A DNA stretch of 64,000 nucleotides from a virus. The notes below the pieces were generated by a model. The model was not told the DNA's origin and did no database searches. It saw only the letters and a program-made list of their open reading frames with translations. The stretch is taken from positions 32,001 through 96,000 of the IMG/VR virus record IMGVR_UViG_3300021185_003522; one strand, written 5' to 3'. The position numbers were made by a program, and so were the translations under genes. Shown one piece after another: positions 48,994 to 57,750 of the stretch (positions within the stretch are counted from its first letter, which is position 1; every line of letters starts with the position of its first letter).

Positions 48994-50543
48994 TGGATCT
49001 GTTATCTCATGTTGACAAGAACATAAACGTAGTTGGTACCGTTGAATTTGATTCTGATCCACAACAACTTAAACAACAATTGCTTGCACTACGAAAAGAC
49101 ATGTTTGAACCTAACGAACGAATTATAATTATACAACGTTCTGTTGATAATTATCCTTTTATTGATGCATATGGATCAAAACTAATTGAATTACAAAAAA
49201 TAGTTAACCAAGTTGATATTGGAAATTGTTTTATTCTGATACTCACACACAATCCTAATATACAAACCGAAATAGCAGAAGTGAACACAGTATACAGTTC
49301 TGATACAACATTATTTGAAAGTTGTGTTTATCCTGGAAAATATATTGTCACAGTGCCTCAGTACAAAAATACTGCGTGTAAAAAACTATGGAATCACCTA
49401 TACATTGGAACTGACAGTAATGTCCTTCCATGTTGTGTAGCAGACCATAGATATCCTTTAGGAAATATCAACAATCAATCTATTGATAGCATACTTGATT
49501 CAGATCATGCTCAAAAAATACGACAATGGATGATGGAAGGCTATCGTACAAAATCTTGTAGTTCTTGCTATAAGAATGAAGACAACAATATAAAAAGTTT
49601 AAGAACTGTGTTTACACCTACTTCGGCTAGACGCAACCAAATAACATATTTAGATGTTAGACTCAATAATATTTGCAACTTCAAGTGTAGGATGTGTAGT
49701 GAATACTTTAGTAGTAGTATTCAACAAGAAACTGTTGACATATTTGGCAAAAATGCAGTACTAGGTTATGAAAAAATAAGTCTTGATTCGGATAATCGTC
49801 AAACTAGACAAAGCAACTTGATAAAATTGCTACCGTATGTCACTGCTGATCTTGAAAAAATATATTTTGCTGGTGGAGAACCATTGATTACAGAAGAACA
49901 CTATGGTATACTTGATCGATTGATTGAGGTCAATAACTTTGATATAAAAATGTCATACAATACTAATTTAAGTAGACTTAACTATAAAACAAATAATATA
50001 TTTGACTACTGGAAACAGTTTTCTAATATATCTGTTGGCGCAAGTATTGATGCAAGCGATCAAGTAGCAGAATACATGCGTCACGGAACAGTATGGCAAG
50101 ATATAATCAATAACATCAATGCTATTAAGATTAATACTCCACATGTTAATCTGTTTATTTCTTCGACAGTAAGTTGGCCTACACTTGAAAATCTAATTGA
50201 ATTACAAACAGATTGGATACGCACTGGATTGTTTACACGTGATCAGTTGACAATGCATGCTCTGGTTGAACCTGGTTATCTAAGTCTAACAACCTTACCA
50301 GATTCCTACAAACAATCTATGACCATAAAAATTAACAAGCATATTGACCACATAGGACAATGTGAACTTGCACAAAGCTGGGAAGAACTGCGAAATTTTA
50401 TGAATGCAACTAACACAAAGTACGAGTTGGCTGAGTTTACAAAACGTACTCTAACACTCGATAAACATAGAAAAGAATCCTTTGCCAGTGTCTTTCCGCA
50501 GTTTACGGATTTATTTTTGGTTGCAAATAGCTCACAAACGTAG
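48993..50543 (+). CDS. Radical SAM/twitch enzyme with an extra N-terminal domain
   Basis: CKKLW...PCC...CSSC; CNFKCRMC; GGEP; YNTN. Confidence 0.9.
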   Translation: MDLLSHVDKNINVVGTVEFDSDPQQLKQQLLALRKDMFEPNERIIIIQRSVDNYPFIDAYGSKLIELQKIVNQVDIGNCFILILTHNPNIQTEIAEVNTVYSSDTTLFESCVYPGKYIVTVPQYKNTACKKLWNHLYIGTDSNVLPCCVADHRYPLGNINNQSIDSILDSDHAQKIRQWMMEGYRTKSCSSCYKNEDNNIKSLRTVFTPTSARRNQITYLDVRLNNICNFKCRMCSEYFSSSIQQETVDIFGKNAVLGYEKISLDSDNRQTRQSNLIKLLPYVTADLEKIYFAGGEPLITEEHYGILDRLIEVNNFDIKMSYNTNLSRLNYKTNNIFDYWKQFSNISVGASIDASDQVAEYMRHGTVWQDIINNINAIKINTPHVNLFISSTVSWPTLENLIELQTDWIRTGLFTRDQLTMHALVEPGYLSLTTLPDSYKQSMTIKINKHIDHIGQCELAQSWEELRNFMNATNTKYELAEFTKRTLTLDKHRKESFASVFPQFTDLFLVANSSQT

Positions 50544-50549
50544 TATAAT
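50521..50549 (+). promoter_or_regulatory. Sigma70-type promoter for gp46
   Basis: TTGCAA-N17-TATAAT, 5 nt before ATG 50555, no RBS. Confidence 0.7.
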
Positions 50550-50554
50550 AACAC

Positions 50555-52312
50555 ATGATTCAAATTAAAGACCTTACGGTTAAAAACTTCATGAGTGTAG
50601 GTAATGCTACACAAGCAATTAACTTTGATCGACAAGACCTCACGCTGGTACTTGGTGAGAACATTGACTTAGGTGGTGATGGTTCGCGTAACGGAACTGG
50701 TAAGACCACAATCATTAATGCACTAAGTTATGCACTCTATGGCGAAGCACTTACAAACATACGTCGTGACAACCTCATAAACAAAACTAATTCAAAAGGC
50801 ATGATGGTTAGTTTAGATTTTTGTGTTGGTGAACAATGCTATCGTATTGAACGTGGACGCAAGCCTAATGTGCTAAAGTTTTATATCAATGACAGTGAAC
50901 AAGAAGCAGATGATTATGCACAAGGTGATAGTAGAGAAACACAAGGTGCTATACTAAAACTGTTGAGCATGAGTCATACTATGTTCAAACACTTGGTAGC
51001 ATTGAACACATATACCGAACCGTTTTTGAGTCTTAAACAAAACGATCAAAGAGAGATAATCGAGCAACTGCTGGGTATCACACAACTCAGTGAACGTGCT
51101 GACAAGATCAAAGAACTTAGCAAACGCACACGTGATGATATTAAGCAAGAAGAAATGACAATCAAAGCGTTGCAAACTGCTAACGACAAAATTGGCGAAC
51201 AAATACAAGCATTAAAACGTCGACAAACACTGTGGATGAACAAGAAAGCAGAAGACGTAAAAAAGTTTGAAACTGCTATTGAAGATCTTGCACATGTTGA
51301 TATTGATGCGGAATTAGCCTCTCAGGATGACCTCCTAACGTGGACTGAACTTAACAATACACAAACACAATTACAAAAAGACATTGCCGCACTAACTGCA
51401 CAGGTTGGTAGAGCAGAAAAAGACGTTACTAGAACTAAAAAAGCAGTAGACAGTTTAGAATCAGGCACTTGTGGCAGTTGCGGACAGAGTGTTGATCATA
51501 TGGAAACACATCAACAACATGTGGCTAAAGCACAGGAGGAATACAATGGGGCAAGTGATTTCCTTAGCGAAATACAGGAAGGAATCTCTGCACTCAAGGC
51601 AGATAAAACGGAAGTTCCAGCGAGACCAAGAGTTTTTTATGATAGCGTGTCTGATGCACACAATCATAGATCAACTTTATCCTCACTTGAAACACAGCTA
51701 CAAAGCAAGCGTGCAGAAGCCGATCCTTACGTTGATCAAATAGTAGAAATGCAGACAACTGCCGCTACTGAAATAAGTTATGACAAACTAAATGACCTAA
51801 CAAGACTATACGATCATCAAGACTTCTTGTTAAAACTGTTAACAAACAAAGATAGTTTTGTGCGTAAACGTATTATCGATCAAAATCTAAGTTATTTGAA
51901 TTCAAGACTCACACACTATTTAGATAGGATTGGGTTACCGCACACAGTGATATTTCAAAACGATTTGACTGTTGAAATACAGGAACTTGGCAGAGACCTA
52001 GACTTTGACAATCTAAGTAGAGGCGAGAGAAACAGGCTTATTATCAGTATGAGCTGGGCTTTCCGTGATGTATGGGAAAGTCTGTATGGTGCTATTAACT
52101 TACTGTTTATTGATGAGATGATTGATTCGGGTATGGACACATCAGGAGTTGAAGCCGCACTTGCACTACTTAAGAAGATGGCAAGAGAACGTAGCAAAAG
52201 CATTTGGCTTGTATCACACAAAGACGAACTTGCAGGCCGAGTAAATAACTTGCTTAAAGTTGTAAAAGAAAATGGCTTCACTAGTTATAGTACGGATATA
52301 GACATAGCATGA
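50555..52312 (+). CDS. Recombination ATPase, gp46/Rad50/SbcC-like
   Basis: KNFMSVG, NGTGKT Walker A, CGSC zinc hook, LSRGE signature, LFIDE Walker B, VSH. Confidence 0.95.
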   Translation: MIQIKDLTVKNFMSVGNATQAINFDRQDLTLVLGENIDLGGDGSRNGTGKTTIINALSYALYGEALTNIRRDNLINKTNSKGMMVSLDFCVGEQCYRIERGRKPNVLKFYINDSEQEADDYAQGDSRETQGAILKLLSMSHTMFKHLVALNTYTEPFLSLKQNDQREIIEQLLGITQLSERADKIKELSKRTRDDIKQEEMTIKALQTANDKIGEQIQALKRRQTLWMNKKAEDVKKFETAIEDLAHVDIDAELASQDDLLTWTELNNTQTQLQKDIAALTAQVGRAEKDVTRTKKAVDSLESGTCGSCGQSVDHMETHQQHVAKAQEEYNGASDFLSEIQEGISALKADKTEVPARPRVFYDSVSDAHNHRSTLSSLETQLQSKRAEADPYVDQIVEMQTTAATEISYDKLNDLTRLYDHQDFLLKLLTNKDSFVRKRIIDQNLSYLNSRLTHYLDRIGLPHTVIFQNDLTVEIQELGRDLDFDNLSRGERNRLIISMSWAFRDVWESLYGAINLLFIDEMIDSGMDTSGVEAALALLKKMARERSKSIWLVSHKDELAGRVNNLLKVVKENGFTSYSTDIDIA

Positions 52313-53286
52313 ATGTAGGCAAACAATTTGCATTCCTATATGGAGCAAACGAATCGCACGATCTTATTGAGATAAGAGATATTGCATATAATCTATATCA
52401 AGGATCACGTAGTGTACGTAATCAAACAGTAATTAAATTTTTAAACACACTTCACGATTCAAATCACAATGACAAATGGAATATGCAAAAAATTTTTGTA
52501 AACGAATTTGCATCTTGGATTGGTACAGATATGTCTGCGTATGACGTAGATTACAGTGCAGGAACTACACAAAGTTTTGATAGCTTTTACCTACGACATA
52601 GGAACAAAAAGTTTCGTTGTTACACTGGTGAATATTTTTATCACTTGAAAACTTGGACAAGCAATGATATATTATGGAGTTTTGTAACTGATATTGACCA
52701 ACTTCAATCTGGCGACGCACTAGTACTAAGTTTTCCTTTTTGTGATACAGGAAATTTTTATGATATTGATAAAATTTTGAACATATGCGAAAGTTTAGAC
52801 ATACCAGTTTTGATAGACATGGCATACTATCCTCTAACTGATGCACCGACTTTTAGGTTCTTTCACACATGCATCGATACTATCGCATTCAGCCTTAGCA
52901 AGATTTTTCCAATAGCCAACTATCGCATTGGCGTAAGATACACTAAGAAAGATATATACGACGGTCAGAAACTGCATGATGATATTAATTACAATAATTT
53001 TGCAAGTTGTTACTTAGGGTATGAGCTTATAAAAAAGTACAATGTAAATTATATTGCTTCAACGTACAGGCAAAAACAATCACAGGTAAGTAAAGTTTTT
53101 GATATCATACCTAGTGATAGTGTAATTTTTGCTTTAGGCAACAAAGACTGGAATACGTACAGTAGAAGAACACTATTAGATGCTTACAAACTACAGTTTG
53201 CACCAGAAAATTTTGAAAACAGAATTTGTCTAAACACAGTTTATGAAAATTGGAGACTGTTCAATGAACTTGAAGTTACACTTTAA
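52309..53286 (+). CDS. PLP-dependent enzyme (fold type I, aminotransferase-like)
   Basis: GTTQSF, P..DTG, IDMAYY, FSLSK (Schiff-base Lys), RIG. Confidence 0.7.
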   Translation: MNVGKQFAFLYGANESHDLIEIRDIAYNLYQGSRSVRNQTVIKFLNTLHDSNHNDKWNMQKIFVNEFASWIGTDMSAYDVDYSAGTTQSFDSFYLRHRNKKFRCYTGEYFYHLKTWTSNDILWSFVTDIDQLQSGDALVLSFPFCDTGNFYDIDKILNICESLDIPVLIDMAYYPLTDAPTFRFFHTCIDTIAFSLSKIFPIANYRIGVRYTKKDIYDGQKLHDDINYNNFASCYLGYELIKKYNVNYIASTYRQKQSQVSKVFDIIPSDSVIFALGNKDWNTYSRRTLLDAYKLQFAPENFENRICLNTVYENWRLFNELEVTL

Positions 53287-53728
53287 AAACATCAGGCACA
53301 ATCCTTGTTGTAAGATTCTAGTAAACAACCTAGAACTTTATAGCGGACAAGTAAAACCTTATTATGACTTTGATATTGATGTTAATAATACAGTAAGTCT
53401 AGAAATAGTACACTTTAATAAAAAGCCAGAAGATACCATAATAGATAATGATGGCAAGATTATAGATGATCGTAGTTTTGAACTAGAAAAAATCTATGCT
53501 GAGCAACATGACTTTAAGGAACTAATTTGGAAAAGTAATTTTACTGACACCGCAGGTAAGATATACAATAGCTGTTTATTTTTTGGACCAAATGGAAGTT
53601 TTACAATTAAATTTACAATACCAGTCCTAAGATGGATATTACAAAATTCAGAGCATATAGAAGACTGGGAAGAAGATTATCCTTATTACGAAAAAGCATT
53701 TACTATACTAGAAAGCATCAATGACTAA
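53264..53728 (+). CDS. Hypothetical protein
   Basis: GGAG RBS before ATG 53264; K..DT...DG.I..D motif. Confidence 0.65.
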   Translation: MNLKLHFKNIRHNPCCKILVNNLELYSGQVKPYYDFDIDVNNTVSLEIVHFNKKPEDTIIDNDGKIIDDRSFELEKIYAEQHDFKELIWKSNFTDTAGKIYNSCLFFGPNGSFTIKFTIPVLRWILQNSEHIEDWEEDYPYYEKAFTILESIND

Positions 53729-54761
53729 CATAGAACTTATAAAAGAAATAAGTTGGGTATTAAGCCTTGCTAGTGCAAAAAATAAACTAGACGTGCCAGG
53801 CGAGTATGTTTGGGCATACCCTAAGAATGAAAACTTCAGTGAATTGCAAGCACGCAGCCGAAGTATTTTTAGCAGTGGAAATGCAATCAAAGATCCTACG
53901 GTAATTGAATATGTTCAAACATGCGATATCAATAAGTATCTACTTGATCCGTGGATAGTAAATGCGTTTGAAGGAAATTTTGTTTCTTGGTTAACTGCGA
54001 ATACTAAACATAACTTACAGAATATTGAGCTCTACAAATACGTAGCCTTCAGTGCCGGTACTCAAGAAAGTTTTGCAAACTTTTATCTTAAAAATCGCAA
54101 TAAGAGATTTAGAGTATTACGCGGTGAATACTGGTGGCATATGGATGTTTGGTCTGCACTTGGAATCAACTGGGCATATATTGAAGATGATGATATTAAA
54201 ACAAATGATATAACTATTTGTAGTATTCCTTTTGCTCTTACTGGTAAAAAACACAAACATCTTGATAATATACTTGAACAGTCTCTTAAACACAATTGTG
54301 ACGTTATGCTTGATTTTATCTATCTGCCAAATTGTAATCGCCCAATAGAAATAGACTTAGCACACGATGCAATCAGCGAAATAACTTTCAGTTTCAGTAA
54401 AACATTTCCAGTGCAGTGTGCAAAAATTGCAGTTCGCCTAACAAAACACAAACCGAATGACCCAATGCAAATAAGCAATGACGAAAATATTTGTAACAGA
54501 CTAAGTGCAGGTTTAGCATATGATATTATACAAAAATTTCCTGTAGATTACATGCCAAGAAAATATCACAACAAACAAAAATTTTGGTGTAAGAAATTAG
54601 GTTTGGATACTTCACCGGTTGTACACTTTGCCACAGGCGAAGATTATATAAAAGGACAACCAGCATGGTTTAGTAAATTTAATAACCAACAAGGAAGATA
54701 TAATCTTGGAATGCTTTTTGAAAATGACAAGTTATTAAAAAGTCTTGGATACCTATCATGA
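53721..54761 (+). CDS. Second PLP-dependent enzyme paralog
   Basis: GTQESF, GEYWWH, P...TG, LDFIY, FSFSK. Confidence 0.65.
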   Translation: MTNIELIKEISWVLSLASAKNKLDVPGEYVWAYPKNENFSELQARSRSIFSSGNAIKDPTVIEYVQTCDINKYLLDPWIVNAFEGNFVSWLTANTKHNLQNIELYKYVAFSAGTQESFANFYLKNRNKRFRVLRGEYWWHMDVWSALGINWAYIEDDDIKTNDITICSIPFALTGKKHKHLDNILEQSLKHNCDVMLDFIYLPNCNRPIEIDLAHDAISEITFSFSKTFPVQCAKIAVRLTKHKPNDPMQISNDENICNRLSAGLAYDIIQKFPVDYMPRKYHNKQKFWCKKLGLDTSPVVHFATGEDYIKGQPAWFSKFNNQQGRYNLGMLFENDKLLKSLGYLS

Positions 54762-55165
54762 CCTGGACATATAAAAACAAAACAATTACAGATATCCCCG
54801 AGGGCATTATTGGGTTTGTATACTTGATTACTAACATTACAAACAACAGAAAGTACATTGGTAAGAAACTTACTCAGTTTAAACGCAGTAAAAAGCCACT
54901 AAAAGGCAGAACAAACAAACGTAGGTATACAGTCGAAAGCGATTGGAAAGACTATTACGGAAGCAGTGATGAACTGACTGCGGATGTGGAACTATTAGGA
55001 AAAGACAAGTTTAAACGTGAAATAATGTTTTGGTGTAGCAGTAAAAGTGAACTCAGTTACATTGAAGCAAGAGAACAATTCACACACAAAGTACTAGAAT
55101 CAAAACAATGGTATAACGGGCACATACGGGTCCGTGTACACCAAAAAGGCATATTGAAAGACTAA
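54758..55165 (+). CDS. Minimal GIY-YIG nuclease (catalytic domain only)
   Basis: GFVYLITN...KYIGKK, W.DYYGSS, EAREQ, WYN; 135 aa. Confidence 0.85.
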   Translation: MTWTYKNKTITDIPEGIIGFVYLITNITNNRKYIGKKLTQFKRSKKPLKGRTNKRRYTVESDWKDYYGSSDELTADVELLGKDKFKREIMFWCSSKSELSYIEAREQFTHKVLESKQWYNGHIRVRVHQKGILKD

Positions 55166-55184
55166 ATTAACTACCCATATATTA

Positions 55185-55670
55185 ACGTCATAAACACAAT
55201 GACACAGGCACTACTAGAGCAATGCTCAGAGCAACTTTTTAAATTTCCCAAGCTAATATGACATCGTTTGATCGAGGTTCCTCGATCCACCTTGAAGTCT
55301 GCCAACGCAAGTTGTAGCCGACAGAACTGGTGCGTCAAAGGATAAGGCTAACTTAAGGCTAGAATGACATGGGCTCTGTGAAACAGATACAACCCATACG
55401 TTTGTATACTTTGTTTGAAGGGGTATACCAAACGCTCCGTTGTGAGACAAGGCTAGAGTAAGGGGTACAGCACAACCGCCCCTGATACAGTAATGTAAAT
55501 CTCTTTATTCAAATGACTGGATAACTCAGATGATGACATCTTTTCAGTTCACTTGCCCGTAGTAGGGCAAGTATGACTAAACTATCTAGATGATAACTGA
55601 TTACTTCGTTACACTCGTAATAAAATATTGCTGAAGCAAAGCGAAGCAATAGATGTCTTTAGACATCTAA
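55185..55670 (+). ncRNA. Candidate large structured non-coding RNA (or structured origin region)
   Basis: About 0.5 kb without a credible ORF; about ten stems, GCAA and GTAA tetraloops, TGAAA and TGAGA pentaloops, possible pseudoknot. Strand inferred from GNRA loop orientation. Confidence 0.65.
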
Positions 55671-55682
55671 TTAAATAAACAT

Positions 55683-56291
55683 ATGGGATTGATAAAGTTT
55701 AAACACAATAATAGAACTATTGCAATAGTGCGTAATCATAAATGTAGTACTACGACTATGTTGAGTTATGTAGCACAAGCATTATGGAATGCTGATCCTA
55801 AAGAAGAACAGTTCTATCAAAACTTTCAAAACGAAGCACCTGGTGTTTACAACAAGGCTAGATCATTTGAGCAGTTCGAGTCAGAGCTACTAGCCGCAGA
55901 CATACGCATAGCATTGTGGCGTGATCCTGTTGATAAGTTTGTGAGTGGTTTCTATCATACCATGACCAATCCGGCAAATAAAAATTTATGGATTAAGTCT
56001 CCTAGTCTAACCAACTTTCTCAAAGACATCGAAGTGTATAGGCAAAATCCAAACGTAGCAGATCACTGCGAAACAAACACTGCACGTCTTGGTCCTGACA
56101 GATCCATCTACACACACATCTACAACTACAAACACGTGCATAAGATAGCAGGAATACTCGGTGTGCCTTCATTGGACACACATCATCGCCGTGACAGTAC
56201 TATGCGAGCAGGGCCTACTGAACTGCAACGACTGCGTATACGTCAGGTTATGTTAGAAGATTATGCTAATGGCTGGTGCGAGTCTGGATAG
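55683..56291 (+). CDS. Sulfotransferase (Sulfotransfer_2-like)
   Basis: 5'-PSB-like RNHKCSTTT and 3'-PB-like RDPVDKFVSGF; TAAATA 5 nt before the ATG. Confidence 0.7.
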   Translation: MGLIKFKHNNRTIAIVRNHKCSTTTMLSYVAQALWNADPKEEQFYQNFQNEAPGVYNKARSFEQFESELLAADIRIALWRDPVDKFVSGFYHTMTNPANKNLWIKSPSLTNFLKDIEVYRQNPNVADHCETNTARLGPDRSIYTHIYNYKHVHKIAGILGVPSLDTHHRRDSTMRAGPTELQRLRIRQVMLEDYANGWCESG

Positions 56292-56596
56292 TCTCTGTAT
56301 AGAAAGTGTTGAATAGTTTCAACATCAACCCACTGATTGAAGCCTACGTGTTCTGTTTCAATATCATCTACGTTTGCTACAACATGACTCATAGCGTCAT
56401 CTAGTGCTTGCATTGATTCAAACTCCATGTCAATTCTAAACTCTGGCAAGTCCATTGAACGGAATCCTAGTTTCATTCTTGTGATTCTATACGCATGCAT
56501 CTGTGGTAATTTATCTAGGAAAAGCTTCATGTTAGCCACAAATGTTCGTGCATCTATACCTTCTTTTACATCGGCGTAAACTGTATAAACGTTCAT
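56261..56596 (-). CDS. Small dimeric alpha/beta-barrel-like protein (DUF6614-like)
   Basis: MNVY.VYAD.K.G...RITRMKLGF...EF.I.MEF...LD.A; recalled family resemblance only. Confidence 0.5.
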   Translation of the reverse strand: MNVYTVYADVKEGIDARTFVANMKLFLDKLPQMHAYRITRMKLGFRSMDLPEFRIDMEFESMQALDDAMSHVVANVDDIETEHVGFNQWVDVETIQHFLYRDYPDSHQPLA

Positions 56597-57027
56597 TAAA
56601 ATCTTCCTCCTAGTATTTCAAATCCGTCGATCTTTGTTTTGTAATCGTCTGCTTGTCCAAGATACAGATAATCAAAACCGCGTTTTTTATATATTGCACA
56701 CTCGTTTTTCAAACTGCGTATGCCTAACCGCATTCCTGGGTTTGCATAGTCCCAAGCAAATTGAACTGCTTCAACGTTCTTGTTATTATAACATCTAAGT
56801 AGACTGAATGCAACCATTTTATTTTCTTTATCATAGTAAGCATATACATCATTCTTGTCGTCGTAGTATTCTTCAGCAAAAATTGGCATTACACTTTTAA
56901 ATTTTTTATGTTTGCAGTATGCATCGTAGATTGCTTCTAGTGGTTTTTGGAACGGTGATTTCAGTTTTTTGCAGTTGTCCATCAGCGAATAGTCAGTTTC
57001 GCTTAGATTAATTCTTGCGTATATCAT
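56596..57027 (-). CDS. Aminoacyl-tRNA-dependent transferase, ATE1/Bpt C-terminal-domain-like
   Basis: MVAFS...AVQFAWDY...LG..SL..E......GFDYLYLG...YK....GFEIL. Confidence 0.65.
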   Translation of the reverse strand: MIYARINLSETDYSLMDNCKKLKSPFQKPLEAIYDAYCKHKKFKSVMPIFAEEYYDDKNDVYAYYDKENKMVAFSLLRCYNNKNVEAVQFAWDYANPGMRLGIRSLKNECAIYKKRGFDYLYLGQADDYKTKIDGFEILGGRF

Positions 57028-57533
57028 TTTCTTGGGTCTTTTCTGTGAGCAAATACTTCTTGTAGGTATTCTTCATCCCATCCATCATAGTATCCTCTGT
57101 GTGCTAACATTTTTGCATGGTCCTGAAGTTTTGTTTTATCTTGTATGAGTACAAGTGCATATTTACCCATGTTAAAGCACACACCATTTTGTTCTTCAAC
57201 TGTGTCTGGGTGATCGCCTAGTGCTAGTAAGTTACGTTTGGTAAATCCTTTTGAAGTGTTTATAACATCAACAACAAAATTAAAATATGCATCATCATAT
57301 TGCTTGGGAGGATAAGCATATATGACCACATCATTTTTGCCTAAATATTTTTTCTTAGCAAACAGAAACAAATCACGTTCAAGATCGTCACCAAGTCTAA
57401 CATCATATTTGTTGCGTAGTCTTGCCTGTCGAGCAAAAGGACAAGGCGGAAAGTTGCCTAGTGCAGGGTGCGGAACCTCAACAAAGTTAACCAACCACTG
57501 TTCAATGTCTGCTTTTACTTGATCTATTACCAA
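57024..57533 (-). CDS. Hypothetical protein (DUF1415-like CPFA motif)
   Basis: W...FV......PPCPFAR, DHP, L.LIQ; TTG start overlapping the upstream stop. Confidence 0.55.
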   Translation of the reverse strand: MVIDQVKADIEQWLVNFVEVPHPALGNFPPCPFARQARLRNKYDVRLGDDLERDLFLFAKKKYLGKNDVVIYAYPPKQYDDAYFNFVVDVINTSKGFTKRNLLALGDHPDTVEEQNGVCFNMGKYALVLIQDKTKLQDHAKMLAHRGYYDGWDEEYLQEVFAHRKDPRK

Positions 57534-57703
57534 AACGGTTGTCCAGTTTTTTTAGCAGTTTCGAGATTCTCTTTGATAAGATTGTTTACGTAATTGCGTT
57601 CAGGCCCGCTCATGTTGACAATCTCGCTATAGGTCAAACCACCTCGCATGAACCAGACCATTTTGAGCATGTCTTCTTTTAGGCCCTTAACTTCTTTGTC
57701 CAT
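57527..57703 (-). CDS. gp51-like baseplate hub assembly protein (absent from the ORF track); probably also the -1 frameshift extension of the gp26-like gene
   Basis: MDKEVKGLKEDMLKMVWFMRGGLTYSEIVNMSGPERNYVNNLIKENLETAKKTGQPFW; frame is open back to the slippery site at 57757-57766. Confidence 0.75.
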   Translation of the reverse strand: MDKEVKGLKEDMLKMVWFMRGGLTYSEIVNMSGPERNYVNNLIKENLETAKKTGQPFW

Positions 57704-57750
57704 GTCTGAGATTATTTTTTCAATTTCTTCAGGTCCGGACGTTAAGAGCC

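Noticed and set aside
55253-55450. 65-aa minus-strand ORF in the structured gap
   Set aside because: No RBS or late promoter, no recognisable motif; antisense to the GNRA-oriented structure
55185-55670. Group I intron, RNase P RNA, tmRNA or tRNA
   Set aside because: No interrupted host gene, no recognisable P7 (R/S) pair, no GAGGAAAGUCC, no tRNA-like ends or cloverleaf by eye; kept as an unknown structured element
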